A stretch of 63,808 bases of DNA, filler included, from Hausera hauseri (lineage: Eukaryota), in NCBI GenBank assembly GCA_046269625.1. It is 10 parts of 10 records of this genome, joined end to end, with 100 filler letters (N's around TTAATTAATTAA, not from the genome) between each part and the next. Parts side by side here need not be neighbours in the genome. Positions count along the whole stretch, not along the records: positions 43,333 to 55,491 come from JBJURY010046664.1; positions 55,592 to 59,736 come from JBJURY010736432.1; positions 59,837 to 63,808 come from JBJURY010848413.1; 7 more parts are not named here. The stretch is one strand, 5' to 3'. Positions 49,501 through 61,684 of this stretch are shown one piece after another. The notes under the pieces are model-generated. The model ran no database searches, was not told the DNA's origin, and saw only the letters and a list, made by a program, of their open reading frames with translations. Made by a program: the position numbers and the translations under genes. The stretch's first letter is position 1, and the number at the start of each line of letters is the position of its first letter.

Positions 49501-50440
49501 CGGCGTTGGTGCGTCATTAGCTACTCTGATCATCACGTGGCCTGTCAATACTCTTGTTAATACGTTGCGAAGTACGATACTTGGGTTTAGCGATTCCTTT
49601 GGTTAAAAATAAACTGATTGGTCGTCATCTTGACGTATCTGAGCATATATTAACACCTCTGGTCTAGGCAGAATGTTCTTGTCCACTAGAATCGATACTT
49701 CTCCAAATTGTCTATCTTTGATGGTTTTAATTCCTTTTATCGGACCGAGCTCTATTAATTTCCCTGAATGAAAATCTATTGCTACATTAGGTAATTGCCT
49801 TAACAGATCGTATCTTAAAACTACATCGTATGTTAGCTATTCCATTACTGACAATTCGTGATAAAAATATTGTCTCATTATGCGAATTTCTGGCTTCCAT
49901 CGGAATTTGCTTTCCAATGATTGTCCAAAAGCTTCAATACTTCCTGGATCTGTTGTTGGACGTGGGTATAATTGTTTTAGTAGGAACTGCGGTATTGAGT
50001 CATGTTTTATCAGTGATATCTTGGATCCTGTGTCTATCAATGCGTAAACGTCCCTATCTTCTCACTGAATTTTCGCGAAGAATCTACCTTCGATTACTGT
50101 TCCATAGTAATTTGGCTCTATCTTTTAATGTTGAATCGTTGATACCTTATAACCGTTAATTCTAACTTTGGTGGTTGCAACTGGTTGGTCGATTAACTGT
50201 CTTAACTCTCCATTTTGATACAGTTTATTATTCATGCAATTGGCATTTTCCGTTTCCTGACTTACAACTGGCTGCTGTATTTCTTGGTTCCTGAAACTCT
50301 GTATCTCATGGTCTCTTGAGAATGTTGATCGTATTTCGTTTGGTCTGGGTATTCTGGGTGAATAAATTATTCCATGGTCGTCGACCGCTGAACGACGATA
50401 TGGGACAGATATTCTTTTCGTTTCGCGCACCTTAAGCAAT
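46600..50440 (-). pseudogene. pol: Disrupted pol of B2 (PR, dUTPase-like, RT, RNase H, IN)
   Basis: IDTGSKISLI, WFTTLDLQSGYWQV, AYLDNV, HPIAYEGRSL, HDSYLAG, SMDIVGPLP..ILTDQGRNF..NGMVERIN. Confidence 0.92.
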
Positions 50441-50810
50441 ATACCATAGTATTTTATTCCTTTATAGGTATCTTCCGTGATTGTAGATTGTTTCTCACAG
50501 TCTTCATATATAGGTTCAGTTTACGGTAATATTGGTAAAGGTGGTTTTATAACGGAATAGTTTTTGTGTCTATTTATCCTTGAGACGGCGTGTCCTCTCT
50601 TAGGCTTGTCATCATCAGAATTATCTCTTTGTGCCCTGTCATTTCTGAATTTTGGCTTGTAACTAAATACGTCTCTCCTTTTACATTTCCGGTCATGATA
50701 GCCAACATGTCGTTCAACATCCATTTTTATCTATTTTCTTCGTAAGCCTTTAAGAATTTACCAAAGGATGTGATAATAGCTATTAAAATTTTACATGAGA
50801 AGCCATTAAA

Positions 50811-52428
50811 ACAAACTCTGCTCGAAAAAATGAACTTAACATGACCACTAGTCTAGCGCGAAGGGCTACCAGGAAGTTACCCCGAGAAGTAAATTGGTCC
50901 AAACTATTCAAAAAACAAGAAAGACAGAACGGTCCGTCTTTAGTAACAGTAGATTCGAAGATATGTTACGGAATTTAACTGGGAATAATCACGGAAACGA
51001 GCCCAATTGGCTACTCAATTTCTTGACCGTGATGATGTTAATAAGACAAATGGGAGCAGTTATAATATATGACTGTGACAAATTCAGACTTGGCCAAAGA
51101 TATTCATTGATGGATTTGGAAATGTTCGAAGATGCGAGGCCACATAAATTAGAAACAAAAGAAAGAAGATATGTACTGTATCAGCAACGAAAGTTAGTTA
51201 CATTAGACGGGATAGAATGCATGTTACGACGATCTTGCAGTATTTTTCATTGTGGATTACTACACGAACACTCATCTATAATCAAGCCGATGACTCTACT
51301 AATTCTAATGAACTTAAAACGCCAGCATTGTAAGCAGACTAGAGAAACAGGCAGGTTGAAATTGGATGGTATGGAGCTAGAAATGCATCAAGGGAAAATA
51401 ATTAGAACATAAAAAATAGCAGCGTAAAGATTAGATATGCATACGGATCACTGTAACGGTGCAGAATACGATACTGGAAGGGGATTGGAGTCAAATATAG
51501 TGGTTCCGGATTTCTACGAAACTGAAATGCGCACACAATAGGTGAATGTTTTATAGCGCTACCAAGCTCTATACGGAAAACCAAAAGTGCCACATCCAAG
51601 AGGGCACCAATGTTTTTTAGAAGCTCAGTATTAATTTGGGAACCATCCGCCAAAACCGAGTGAAATTTTATTAAAATTAGAGAACCTAAGTTTAGCGAAA
51701 CAATATGAAAACGCTACGTAAGTATTACGCATGTAGATGTAGCTGAACGTCCCACACCCACCACATTCATTTTCTATACTCATGGATTAAAATTTGTGAA
51801 GAAGGATGTACTCACAAGGTGCAATGTAGTAGTGCATGCCACTAATTATAAAGCATTTTTTGTTGTTGAGACTAAGATAAATGTCAAAACGTTCAAGTTT
51901 GAGACTCAAGATATTCGAATTGAGGATTATTTAGAAAATAGAGACAACTATTTTTACTACTAAAAACAGGCCAGAATAGCTAAGTTATACCACAAAATGA
52001 TAACGAACGAATGCAAATTAGACTTAGAAATCATGAGAACCAAACTGGCTTTAATATATACAAATCCTGAGCTACCATCACCAATAATTGCGATGAAGAA
52101 AGGCGTTTTTAGTCTAGTGACCGCAGAAGTCCTACTGACTTATAAATGCGAGAAAAAAGACGTACCAATTAATGTGGAAGAGAAGAGATGCATACAAGAA
52201 ATTCCGGTAATATATCAGGACATATCGAGATTAGTAATGCCAATTACCCGAGTATTATTGGCAAACTCCACACAACCGACCATTCTAAATGATTTTAGAA
52301 CCAGTCTAGGAGAACCTATGTTTAGACGTAGTCAAACCGATTGGGTAAGCTATACCAAACGGTGGTATTATTACGCCGCCCACCAAGTTAACTGGACAGG
52401 CAGCATCAGGATTTCTAGCTATATATTT
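50811..52428 (+). pseudogene. env: env of B2, inverted relative to the rest of the element
   Basis: IIYDCDKF..YSLMDL..YQQ..EC..FHCG..H..C..TG; CKLDLEIMRTKLALIY..CIQEIPVIY; GQAASGFLAIY. The env C-terminal tail (GFSCKILIAIITSFG) remains on - at 50760-50810. Confidence 0.85.
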
Positions 52429-55045
52429 GGTGTTCTCTACCATAATGTTTTCGATGACAAATTCATTGCTTAAGGTGCTTCTTGATAATTTACGTCGGAA
52501 AGTTCTCATTGTTTTAACTGCATTGTATATAGATTTCTCTTTTTCATCTATTACATCGCCACAGAGACTGGAGTGGTTTACTATGTCTATCAAGTTTTTC
52601 ATAAGTTCATTCAGCCTTTTGTTTTCTGCACAAAAAGTTGGTATGGACATTTGCCTCAACTCCCTAAATAAATCTGCGTTAAAATGAGTCTCCTCTCGTG
52701 TTTTTCGCGGTCTACCGACAGGACGCTTCTGTTTCGCTATAACTGGTGCGGTCTCGTTGGATGGTACTAAATTCCTATCATACTGTTCTTTATCTTCGTC
52801 CGTTTGCTAGTATTCGAAATACATTGCTGCATCTCGAACTACCACGATTCGTCCTACACACTGATCTGTTTTATCCTTCCTTGTGGCCTCTTCTTTTTTC
52901 TCCTCTGTGATGACCGTTACTACTATTCGATTCGTTTCGCCTAAGATAATTCAAACATCTATTAACTGCTCCAATTTGTCCAATATTCTACATCTAAAGT
53001 AGAGTCTATAGTTCAGTTGGCTTGCGTAACCATTACCCATTAGTCCCTGTACCAGGTCTCTTACACAGGAGTGCGTCGTAAATTCTTACTTATTCTCGTC
53101 CATCCTGTTCGACGTTATCCTTACCTTAATCGACTCTTCGGGTCTAGCCCTTAAGATTTTAGCATACTCCTTTATTAAAAGCTTTGGTGCGGCACTATAG
53201 ATTGTACCCTGGCTAAATAGTTTAATCACAGTAGGTACTAAGTGTCTCAACTGATTTTCGGTAGATTTAGCTGTAGAATGTTGGATTCCTTCTATGCGAA
53301 CATTCCTTAATCTTTAATGGAATTTACAGATCATGTTCCGCTTATCTGTAAAGTTCGTTTCTTCAATCATTTTATATATGTCCTCGAGTATCGTCATTTC
53401 TTGTTTGCTTTTTATAAATTTTAATTGGGGTAATGTATCGAATTGAGTCCTGATGTCTATTTTCGCCCTCATTGTATCTAATTGTGGCGCATTTTCTTCA
53501 AATTGCTTCTGTACTGTAGACTCACTTTCGGGAAATTCTTCTATACGGATCTCTACTAGTTCACTTAGTCTCATTATTAGTTGGGACTATTCATTTAGCT
53601 GATTAGCGATTATTGGTTTTGGCCAGTATTGCTTTATCTAGTGTTTTGTATGCGTCCTCCAATTCATCATCCGGACCATTAATAAAGCCAATAATCTGGG
53701 TGGCATAGTTGAACTCATCTTTGTACTCATCGAGTTCAAGGATACAAATCTTAATTACGTTCTGTGTTTCTTTATCATTCATACACATAATTCTGTTCCT
53801 CAAGCTGTATATTTAGGAACTTTCCTCGTTTTTGATTTGAATACCATTTTCTAGACTTATATATTGTTTTGATGCGACGGAAGCAATTTTTATCATCTTC
53901 ATTAAGGATGGAATATCTAGCGAGTTTATGCCCAACATTTTCAAATCAGTTTGGTTTCGTTCCTTGACTAGTTTTTCTTTTAGTCTCCTGACCATGTCGA
54001 ATCTAATTTCATTCGTAATGCGCTCGAGGTTATGCGTTAACCTTTTAAGTTTAGGATTGGCCGCTAACGTAATCCATAATACTTGGGCTTTATTTATTCT
54101 TGTTTCAACATTCTCATTATGTTTTCCCCACATCTCTGGAACTTTTACTCCACTTTTTTTCCATGTTTCTAATTCGTGTTTCCATTTTGCTAACGTTTCT
54201 CGTGACATGTCAACGAGTTGCTCTAGGTCTATAGCTTCGCTTAGTTTTCCTTCACTATATAACTTCATTTTTCTCTACAACCTTTTCCCAAACTGCTGCT
54301 CTTTACCAGAAATGTCTACTTGTTCGCCCATCCCTTTAAATTTTTCCAGTTTATGTTGCAATATGTCTGGGTCGAGGCAATTGATTCTCATTCTCTTTAA
54401 TTCATCAGCATTTTTCCATGAACGTCTGATTTTTCATTTTTCTGTTTGAACCTCGCACGTCGTCTCTTTTTCACTAGTGGGTAATGGGCGTATATCATTT
54501 ATTTCGTTAACGGACTTTGTTAACTCTTCTATTCCAACAGATGTAACTAAACCACTTTCCGGGGTATTCAAAGTGAACTCTACGTCGCTTTCTAGAGCGA
54601 GTTAAATTTCTTTTACTCTGTCTGACTTTTCATTATTCATCGGAGATTGTGGACGATCTTTACGTTTCCGCTTAATTGATGGGCTGCGACCTCTATTCTT
54701 TGTCATTTTCAGTATTAGTGGTTCCATAAATTCTTTTTCTTCGTCGACGTCTATAGTTTTGTTTACTTTTTCCACAATATATTCCGGCTCCGCATGTAAA
54801 TCTACTTCATTCGAAGTCTGGAACTTTCCCAGTTTTTCTACCTCTTTGTTAGCCATAGGGACATCCTTTTCCCATGCCATGTCGGTAAGCCTTGGTAAAG
54901 CGATAGAACGTTCATATTCAATTTGTGGCTCGGGAAGGCCATGATATACTTCTAGTAATCGTAATTTGTGCTCATACTCATTCCTGGCCATTAAGACTTT
55001 GGGATCATTAGTATCAGGCTGAGCCTTCAAGAAACGTCGTAAATC
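52429..55045 (-). pseudogene. Long helical region between the gag knuckle and env, with AT-hook RPVGRPRK and a partial homolog of the Bcl-2-like domain
   Basis: ORFs 54602-55030, 53813-54268, 53603-53803, 53314-53574 and 52306-52659; LNELMKNLIDIV..SIYNAVK..VIENIM aligns weakly with B1 IDSLLRTLLAKL..ELFQTLR..ILENVF. Confidence 0.55.
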
Positions 55046-55273
55046 TTATATCTCGATAATTATACCCGTGTCCTTACGGATACCATAAATTGCTTCTAGA
55101 TTTTCATTCCTAATTACATTAGTTTTGTTAGGCTCAACAAACGAAACACTTCGTGGGTTTGGACAGGACCTTGCTACGTGCCCTTCTTGTCCACATGTAT
55201 AACAAATTAGGTTGCCATTTCTACCGACTCTTTGTTGACCGTCTTCATTTACTGGAGATTTTGATCTACTCAT
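55046..55273 (-). CDS. gag: Gag nucleocapsid region with a CCHC zinc knuckle
   Basis: CYTCGQEGHVARSC. Confidence 0.85.
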   Translation of the reverse strand: MSRSKSPVNEDGQQRVGRNGNLICYTCGQEGHVARSCPNPRSVSFVEPNKTNVIRNENLEAIYGIRKDTGIIIEI

Positions 55274-55491
55274 ATTTCTATTATAATTCTGATTCGATGG
55301 AACTTGTGTAGTGTCTCCATTCTGGTGTCTTCATTTACTGGAGATTTTGATCTACTCGAATTTCTGTTATAATTCTGATTCGACAGAACTTGTCTAATGT
55401 CTCCATTCTACTCGAATTTCTATTATAATTCTGATTCGATAGAACTTGTCTAATGTCTCCATTCTACTCGAATTTCTATTATAATTCTGAT
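55240..55491 (-). repeat. Tandem repeats (~56 and ~86 bp units) in B2 gag
   Basis: AATCAGAATTATAATAGAAATTCGAGTAG recurs four times on -, encoding NQNYNRNSSR-like repeats. Confidence 0.8.
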
Positions 55492-55949
55492 NNNNNNNNN
55501 NNNNNNNNNNNNNNNNNNNNNNNNNNNNNNNNNNNTTAATTAATTAANNNNNNNNNNNNNNNNNNNNNNNNNNNNNNNNNNNNNNNNNNNNGGTGAATCT
55601 TAATTAGCAAAAATATTTTGATATCTAGATAGTTAGGGGTGGTGGTAGGAGCATTGGTAGTAGTGTTAGCATGTACTTTATTGTTTTAGTACCCTTCCGT
55701 TAGCAGGATTTTCATCATCATCATTCTTTCGATGCTGTATTTAGAATAAGAGTGACAGGGCTGGGTATCCTCTCTCCTTGTGGGGCTCCATACCATACCA
55801 CAGTATAGTTTTCCTAGTGTCTACCTTTTTTCGGCCCACTTAGTGTTTGTCATCATCATGTTCCTTTGCAGAGGTCGTCATGTATAAGAAATACAGGCAA
55901 TTATTGAGAGGTCGGGGTATGACTTTTATCTAAGTTTTAAAGCACAAGA

Positions 55950-56470
55950 TGGGGGGGGGGGAGGTGAATGTCACACATTCGTCCAGAGTCGGGGATAGGC
56001 GTAGGAAGGGTCCGCGTGGGCTAAGACAGAGGATGATGGCGGGAGAAGAGGGAGGCAGGTGACGTCAGGTGTAGGCTCTAGGGGGCGGAGCTAGTCGTCG
56101 CAGGCTAGTGCAGGCGGCGCGGAGTGCCGGCTGCGTGTACCCGGACAGAAGAGAGGAGTCCGGTGGTGCAGGGGCGGAGTCAGGTGACGTCAGGCGCAGG
56201 CGGCGCCGAGTGCCGCATGTGTGTGCTCGAAAGAGGGGGTGAAGTCAGGCATAGGAAGCCGCCGCGTGGACAAAGCCAGGCGGAACAGGCGGAACAGGAA
56301 GCGGGGTCAGGTGATGTCAGAAGGTGAAGCCATAGGACAGACTTAGCTGGAATCAAGATGGCGGATGAACTGTCCGCATCAACAAAGGCAGGCAAGGCGG
56401 GCGTAACAGGAAGCGGCGTCATGTGATAGTGACGTCAGAGGACAGAAATAGGTGGAAGCAAAACGGTGAC
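55950..56470 (+). promoter_or_regulatory. GC-rich cluster of CRE, GC-box, ETS and YY1-type motifs
   Basis: TGACGTCA three times, GGGGCGGAG twice, CAGGAAGCGG twice, AAGATGGCGG, all in an otherwise AT-rich contig. Confidence 0.55.
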
Positions 56471-56539
56471 TGAATCTTGTAACGTTTATCATAATATTTT
56501 ATTATTATAACAGTGGTAAGTTGATTTTATTCATATAAG

Positions 56540-59320
56540 GAAAATACTAAGATTTCATAAGGCAAATACTACATTTTATTCCATAAGAAAAATACTAATA
56601 TTTCATAAGGGAAATACTACATGTTTAGTCATTCGAGAAAGCACAAACTATACAATATGTGTAGTGTCCTGAGAAATTTACATTTTTATTACTCACAGCT
56701 TGAGAAATTTTTGTTACTTGCAGTTTTGTCAAGTCGGCCATCTTCAAACAGTTGCTTTTTGGCTGGTCTTCCATGCAATATTTTTAGTTGTCACATGTAT
56801 TTTACTAGGAGTATCTTAACTTTCCTAAGTAACAATTTGAAAATCCACCAAAACTCATCAACAATTCTCTCCATACGAAATAATTTATCCGGTCGCCCCT
56901 TAGAAAAACGAACAAAGTACAGAAATATTATTCTTAACCAAACTTATCCGGCAACAGTGGAAGATTCCAATGTTTACACAGTCCGTGTACAAACGGAGAA
57001 AGCCTTGCATTGTTTTACTGTCCACCAAAACGCTCAAGCAAAACGCGCATTTTAACATACCTACCAGGTCGAGTGAATAAATTCATTCGCCTAACCAACA
57101 GGCCTCAAGAGTTTTGGTGTAATCTACTTTTCAAACTAACTGTAACTCGTTGATACGGACCAAATATTTTGTTTTGCGAGGTAACCATTAAAGGTTTAAC
57201 ATACGTTTTTCTTCTTTCGACGATAAGGCCGATGTCGCCCATAAACACACGCGTTTTTCTCTCGACCCTAAGGCCGATGTCGCCGAGAAACCAATCCACT
57301 TGAGTCCAAACTGACCCAGTAGATTCACCGATAAGCAACACACCAGTGTGTTGTTAGAAATAGCACACATTCCTATAAGATGTCTTTAACAAAAGGGCTT
57401 TCCGTAAACACAGGGGACTATACGAACACAAAGTTTGTTTACGGCCGATGACTTGTATATTTGACCTGTTTGTCAACGTGACCTTTGTCAATGCGACTTT
57501 TGTCACGGAGCTTAAAACATTTGACCTGTCTAATGGGGCGTGACCTTTGTCAGCGACCCGTATCAGCAACCACGACGAAAAGACATGACCATTCTCACGA
57601 CTTAGCTTGATGACCAGTCGTTAACGACAACCAAGTCCGCCCGATGTTTCTACAAAACAAACATTTGACATATTTGTCTCGTGACCTTAACAACCACAAG
57701 AAAAAGACGTGATTTTTGTCACGATAAAGACCAAACGTTAACGAAAAATTTACACGAACACGGGCGTTTCTTAACGAGATAAAGTTTCAACTATAAGGGC
57801 AAGCCGTTCGCACTTTAAGGCCAACACGCCCGTTGTTAGAGGGATAAAGTTTGCATAATACGGCCGTGAAGGCCGTTATTAAAGGGATAAAGTTTGCAGT
57901 ATACGGAAAAGAAGTCCGTTTGTTAAAGCGATAAAGTTTCAACATACGGAGAATGAAGCCCATTTCTTAACGGACACAAATCTACCTTACACGACAACGA
58001 CACACATTTGTTTATGACCACAAAAGTCAACACAATTAAGACGTTGTTACAGCCGACATATTTGTTGTCGACACGCATGTTGTTAATTTTCCGACCAACG
58101 ACACACGCTGATGCTTATTTGAAGACAAACTATGCTTACTAATAGAACAAGCGATGATAACTAATAAAACATTTATACAAATGTCATTACAACTTTACCA
58201 AGATACATGTGTTGTTTGTGGTGACTTTTGTGGTCATAAAGAAACGTGTTTCATTGTCATTTTCGGTAAAGTAGATTTATGTCCGTTAAGAAACGGACTT
58301 CATTTACGTATAGTGGAAACTTTATCGCTTTAACAAACGGACTTCATGTCCGTATACTGCAAACTTTATCCCTTTAACAACGACCTTCATGGCCGTAATA
58401 TCAAACTTTATCCCTTTAACAACCGGTGTGTTGGCCTTATAGTGCGAACGGCTTGCCCTTATAGTTGAAACTTTATATCGTTAAGAAACGCCTGTGTTCG
58501 TGTAATTTTGTCGTTAACGTTTGGTCTTTGTCGTGACAAAATTCGAGAGAAAAACGCGTGTGTTTATGGGCGACATAGGCCTTAGGGTCGAGAGAAAAAA
58601 ACGTGTGTTAAACCGTTAATGGTTACCTCGCAAAACAAAATATTTCATCCGTGTCAATCAGTTATGGTTAGTTTGAAAGGTAGACTTCAACAAAACTCTT
58701 GAGGTCTGTTGGTCAGGCGAATGAATTTATTCACTCGGCCGTGCACGTGGACAACAAAACAATGGAAGGCTTTATCCCTTTGTATGCGGACTGTGTAAGC
58801 ACTGGAATGTTCTACTGTTCTAATAAATGCCCTTTTTAAGGGTCAAGGGCGTGTTGGACGTATAGTGTAGTTTTGGTTGTCGGAATGTTCCACTCGCTCA
58901 ACTCGTTCCCGAATAAGTTTGGTTAAGAATAATATTTCTGTGTTTTGGATCATCTTTGTAATTGTTTGTTGGGGTAAAAATTGTTGATCTGTGTTGGCCG
59001 ATTTTCAAAGTTTTAGTTAGGAAAAATACGCATGTGCTGTCATCTCGATAGAATAAGCATACAACTTTAAAAATACAACATTAAGATACGCCTCGTTAAA
59101 TACATGTGACAACTAAAAATGTGTGCGGATTTTCTGGAAGACCAGACAAAAAGCAACTGTTTGAAGATGGCCGACTTGACAAAAAATACAAGACGTGAAA
59201 ACATTGTAAGTAACAAATTTTCTCATGACACTACACATATTGTATGGTTTGTACTTTCACTAATGAATAAAACATGTAGTATTTGCCTTATGTGTATAAA
59301 AATGTAGTATATGCCTTATG
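56540..59320. repeat. ~2.8-kb imperfect inverted repeat (foldback element) with internal short tandem repeats
   Basis: 56616-56680 is the reverse complement of 59216-59280; 57065-57260 of 58545-58740; 57720-58030 of 58215-58540. Centre near 58040-58200; GGATAAAGTTT subrepeats. Confidence 0.88.
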
Positions 59321-59330
59321 AAGCCTTACC

Positions 59331-59736
59331 CCTAAACATGATGAAGACGACCTAAATCCCCATCATCGCCCTTGAGAAACACGACCTTAACAGAAAAATG
59401 TGTCCCTTTAATGTCCCAACCTGTCCCTAAACATGAAGAAGACGACCTAAACCACGCGCGCATCCTTGAGAAACTCGCCCTTAACAGAAAAATATCGCCC
59501 TTTAATGTTCCAACCTGCCCCTAAACACGAAGAAGACGATTAAAACCACTACCAGCACACTTGAGAAACACGCCCTTAAGAGAAAAATGTATCCCTTTAA
59601 TAATCCGACCTGCACATAAACACGATGAAGAGGACTTAAATCCCCAATCATCGCCCTTGAGAAACACGCCCTTAACAGTAAAATGTGTCCCTTTAATGTC
59701 CCGACCTGCCACTAAACACAAAGAAGATGACCTAAA
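59331..59736 (+). repeat. ~95-bp tandem satellite, more than 4 copies, running into the gap
   Basis: Units start at ~59331, 59426, 59520, 59615 and 59711 (CCTAAACATGA..CTTGAGAAACACGCCCTTAAC..CCCTTTAATG). Confidence 0.9.
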
Positions 59737-60235
59737 NNNNNNNNNNNNNNNNNNNNNNNNNNNNNNNNNNNNNNNNNNNNTTAATTAATTAANNNNNNNN
59801 NNNNNNNNNNNNNNNNNNNNNNNNNNNNNNNNNNNNGGTTCCAACAATATGACTGGCTTTACTCGGTTCAATCGGTGGAATATCCGATAATATCCGTGAT
59901 TTACTACCAATATCGGTTCGTGATTGTTGACTGTCAACTGATAACTGTCGAATGAGTTGTGAATTATTGAAATGGTGAAAAGAACGACCATAGCAACGAT
60001 ATGTAACATCTAACAACAAAATTTGTTCGAGAAAATGTTCTTAAATAATTTGAACCAATTCGGAAAGCCATTGTTTAGGAAATATTAATTAAATGAAACC
60101 ACTGGAAATAAATAAATTTATACAAAGCATCAGCAAACAAATTTAATTACACGAGATATTTAAAAGGTTAGCGTCAAAATGTTTTACTTAAAATTTGAAC
60201 TTTTCGGCTTTTGAAACAAATTAATTGTACATTAA

Positions 60236-61590
60236 TCAAACATTTTGTACAAATGAATCACCGTCTAAATTTAAAGCCTTTCTGGAATCTTGAAGATCCA
60301 AGTCTGATAAATTCTTTCTGTTCAGATATGAACGCCAACTCATTTCAATTTCTGTTCGATTGAGATTTGTCGAATTTTCATATAAAACTTTAATGGCTAA
60401 GTTCTGCAATCGAAGCCAACGGAGTTGCCATTGTTTGACACGCAATTTCGTTATAGAAACGGTAGAGTCATACGTATAATATGAATACCTTGGTAAGCAT
60501 TTTTTGTTAATGTATTCTGGTGTTTCCTTCAAATACATATCCACACAACTCAGTGTTTTACCAAACTTTTCAATGTCCAATGAAGGCCACAACCTTCCGC
60601 AATATGGCAGATTCAATGATACAATAATGGGTCGTGGATATAGAACATATGTACAGTTGCAATGTTCAATGATCAATCGCTGTTTCTCCAAATTTATACA
60701 TTCCAAATACGAATAATTGTAGTATTGATCCAAGTTGCGATTTTTTGGGCTCTCGTTGGCTTGAATACATGTTTCTTCGGTGTATCCAATTTAATGTTGT
60801 ATATTGGCTGAAAGCTAATTTCATTTAGTTTCCCCGGTTCAACGTGAAACCCTTCTTTGGCAATATCAGGAAAAGTTCCGGATTCGTGTATTATTGCTCG
60901 TAATCGTTTGGCTTGTTCAAAAACATCGATAAGAAATGCCTGCTCGTGATTGGCATAATCTGGCTAGGTTCGTCCCACAGATATTATCAGGCTGAAAAAT
61001 TTTGTTTTACTTGATTCTTCAATACTGTCGGGTTCAAATTTGAAAAATTGAAATACTGTGGTTGGGATAATCGTTTGACAGCATAACCTTTGTGCTCTTT
61101 ACAGTCGTTTTCGAATGAGATACAGTGTTCATTTCGTTTCAGACAATTTAGAATGATAGTATAGTTATGACCTTAAGAAATAAATTCGCTGTACAGTAAA
61201 TTCTGATAATAAATACTGATCGAGTCAAAGCAATAGAAATATTTTGCCATTTCATCGTTTTGGTTGAGATAACGAAGGGCCATTTTACGCATGTACAAAT
61301 TAAATTCCGATGGGGGAAGAATTTTTCGTTCATCCCACAGTCTGTAAGCATCTTTCTAGAACGGATGGTGATGACAAATGGTAATTACTGGAAAGTCAGA
61401 GTTCTGTTGGAGATCTCGTTGGTGAAGTGTCACGTCGTATTTGAAATAGTCGAGTACGAGTAAGGTTGTAACTCCGATTAAAATTATCGTCATGAGCAGA
61501 ACAAAACTCGACCATAAACTTCGTAGAAATAAATTGATTGATGTGATTTTGTTTAAGTTTTGAAGATCTTCATCTTTCAAGGCTGAACAT
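60236..61590 (-). pseudogene. DEG/ENaC (FaNaC-like) amiloride-sensitive sodium channel, intron-free and disrupted
   Basis: TM1 LWSSFVLLMTIIL..DYFKY, post-TM1 FPVITICHHHPF, IIHESGTFPDI..GFHVEPG, Cys-rich YSYLEC..QRLIIEHCNC..CG..CLPR. TM2 is missing. Confidence 0.88.
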
Positions 61591-61684
61591 CGGGGCCTGC
61601 TTATGTGCCCGACGTGTCGGCAGCGGAAACCAGGCCGTGCCCAACCAAATGGGCCAGAGGGCGACGGTCGATGCGGGCACCACA

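Larger units (their letters stand above)
43388..55491 (-). mobile_element. Large env-bearing Ty3/gypsy element, family B, copy B2 (gag knuckle to 3' LTR; env segment inverted)
   Basis: CCHC knuckle, ~2.6-kb helical/AT-hook region, env, PR IDTGS, RT, RNase H, IN, second glycoprotein, RING ORF, PPT and TG..CA LTR, all in one contig. Confidence 0.9.

Noticed and set aside
53928-54449. Long + strand ORFs within B2 (also 44632-45069 and 46892-47230)
   Set aside because: Antisense shadows of the A-rich - strand coding regions.
55240-55491. Possible repeat-spacer array
   Set aside because: Contiguous tandem duplications within the gag coding region.
56621-57055. 144-aa ORF in the foldback arm
   Set aside because: No motifs, and the frame is not preserved in the opposite arm.
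59331-59736. Possible CRISPR array
   Set aside because: Whole ~95-bp units repeat with no unique spacers, no cas genes, and the context is eukaryotic.
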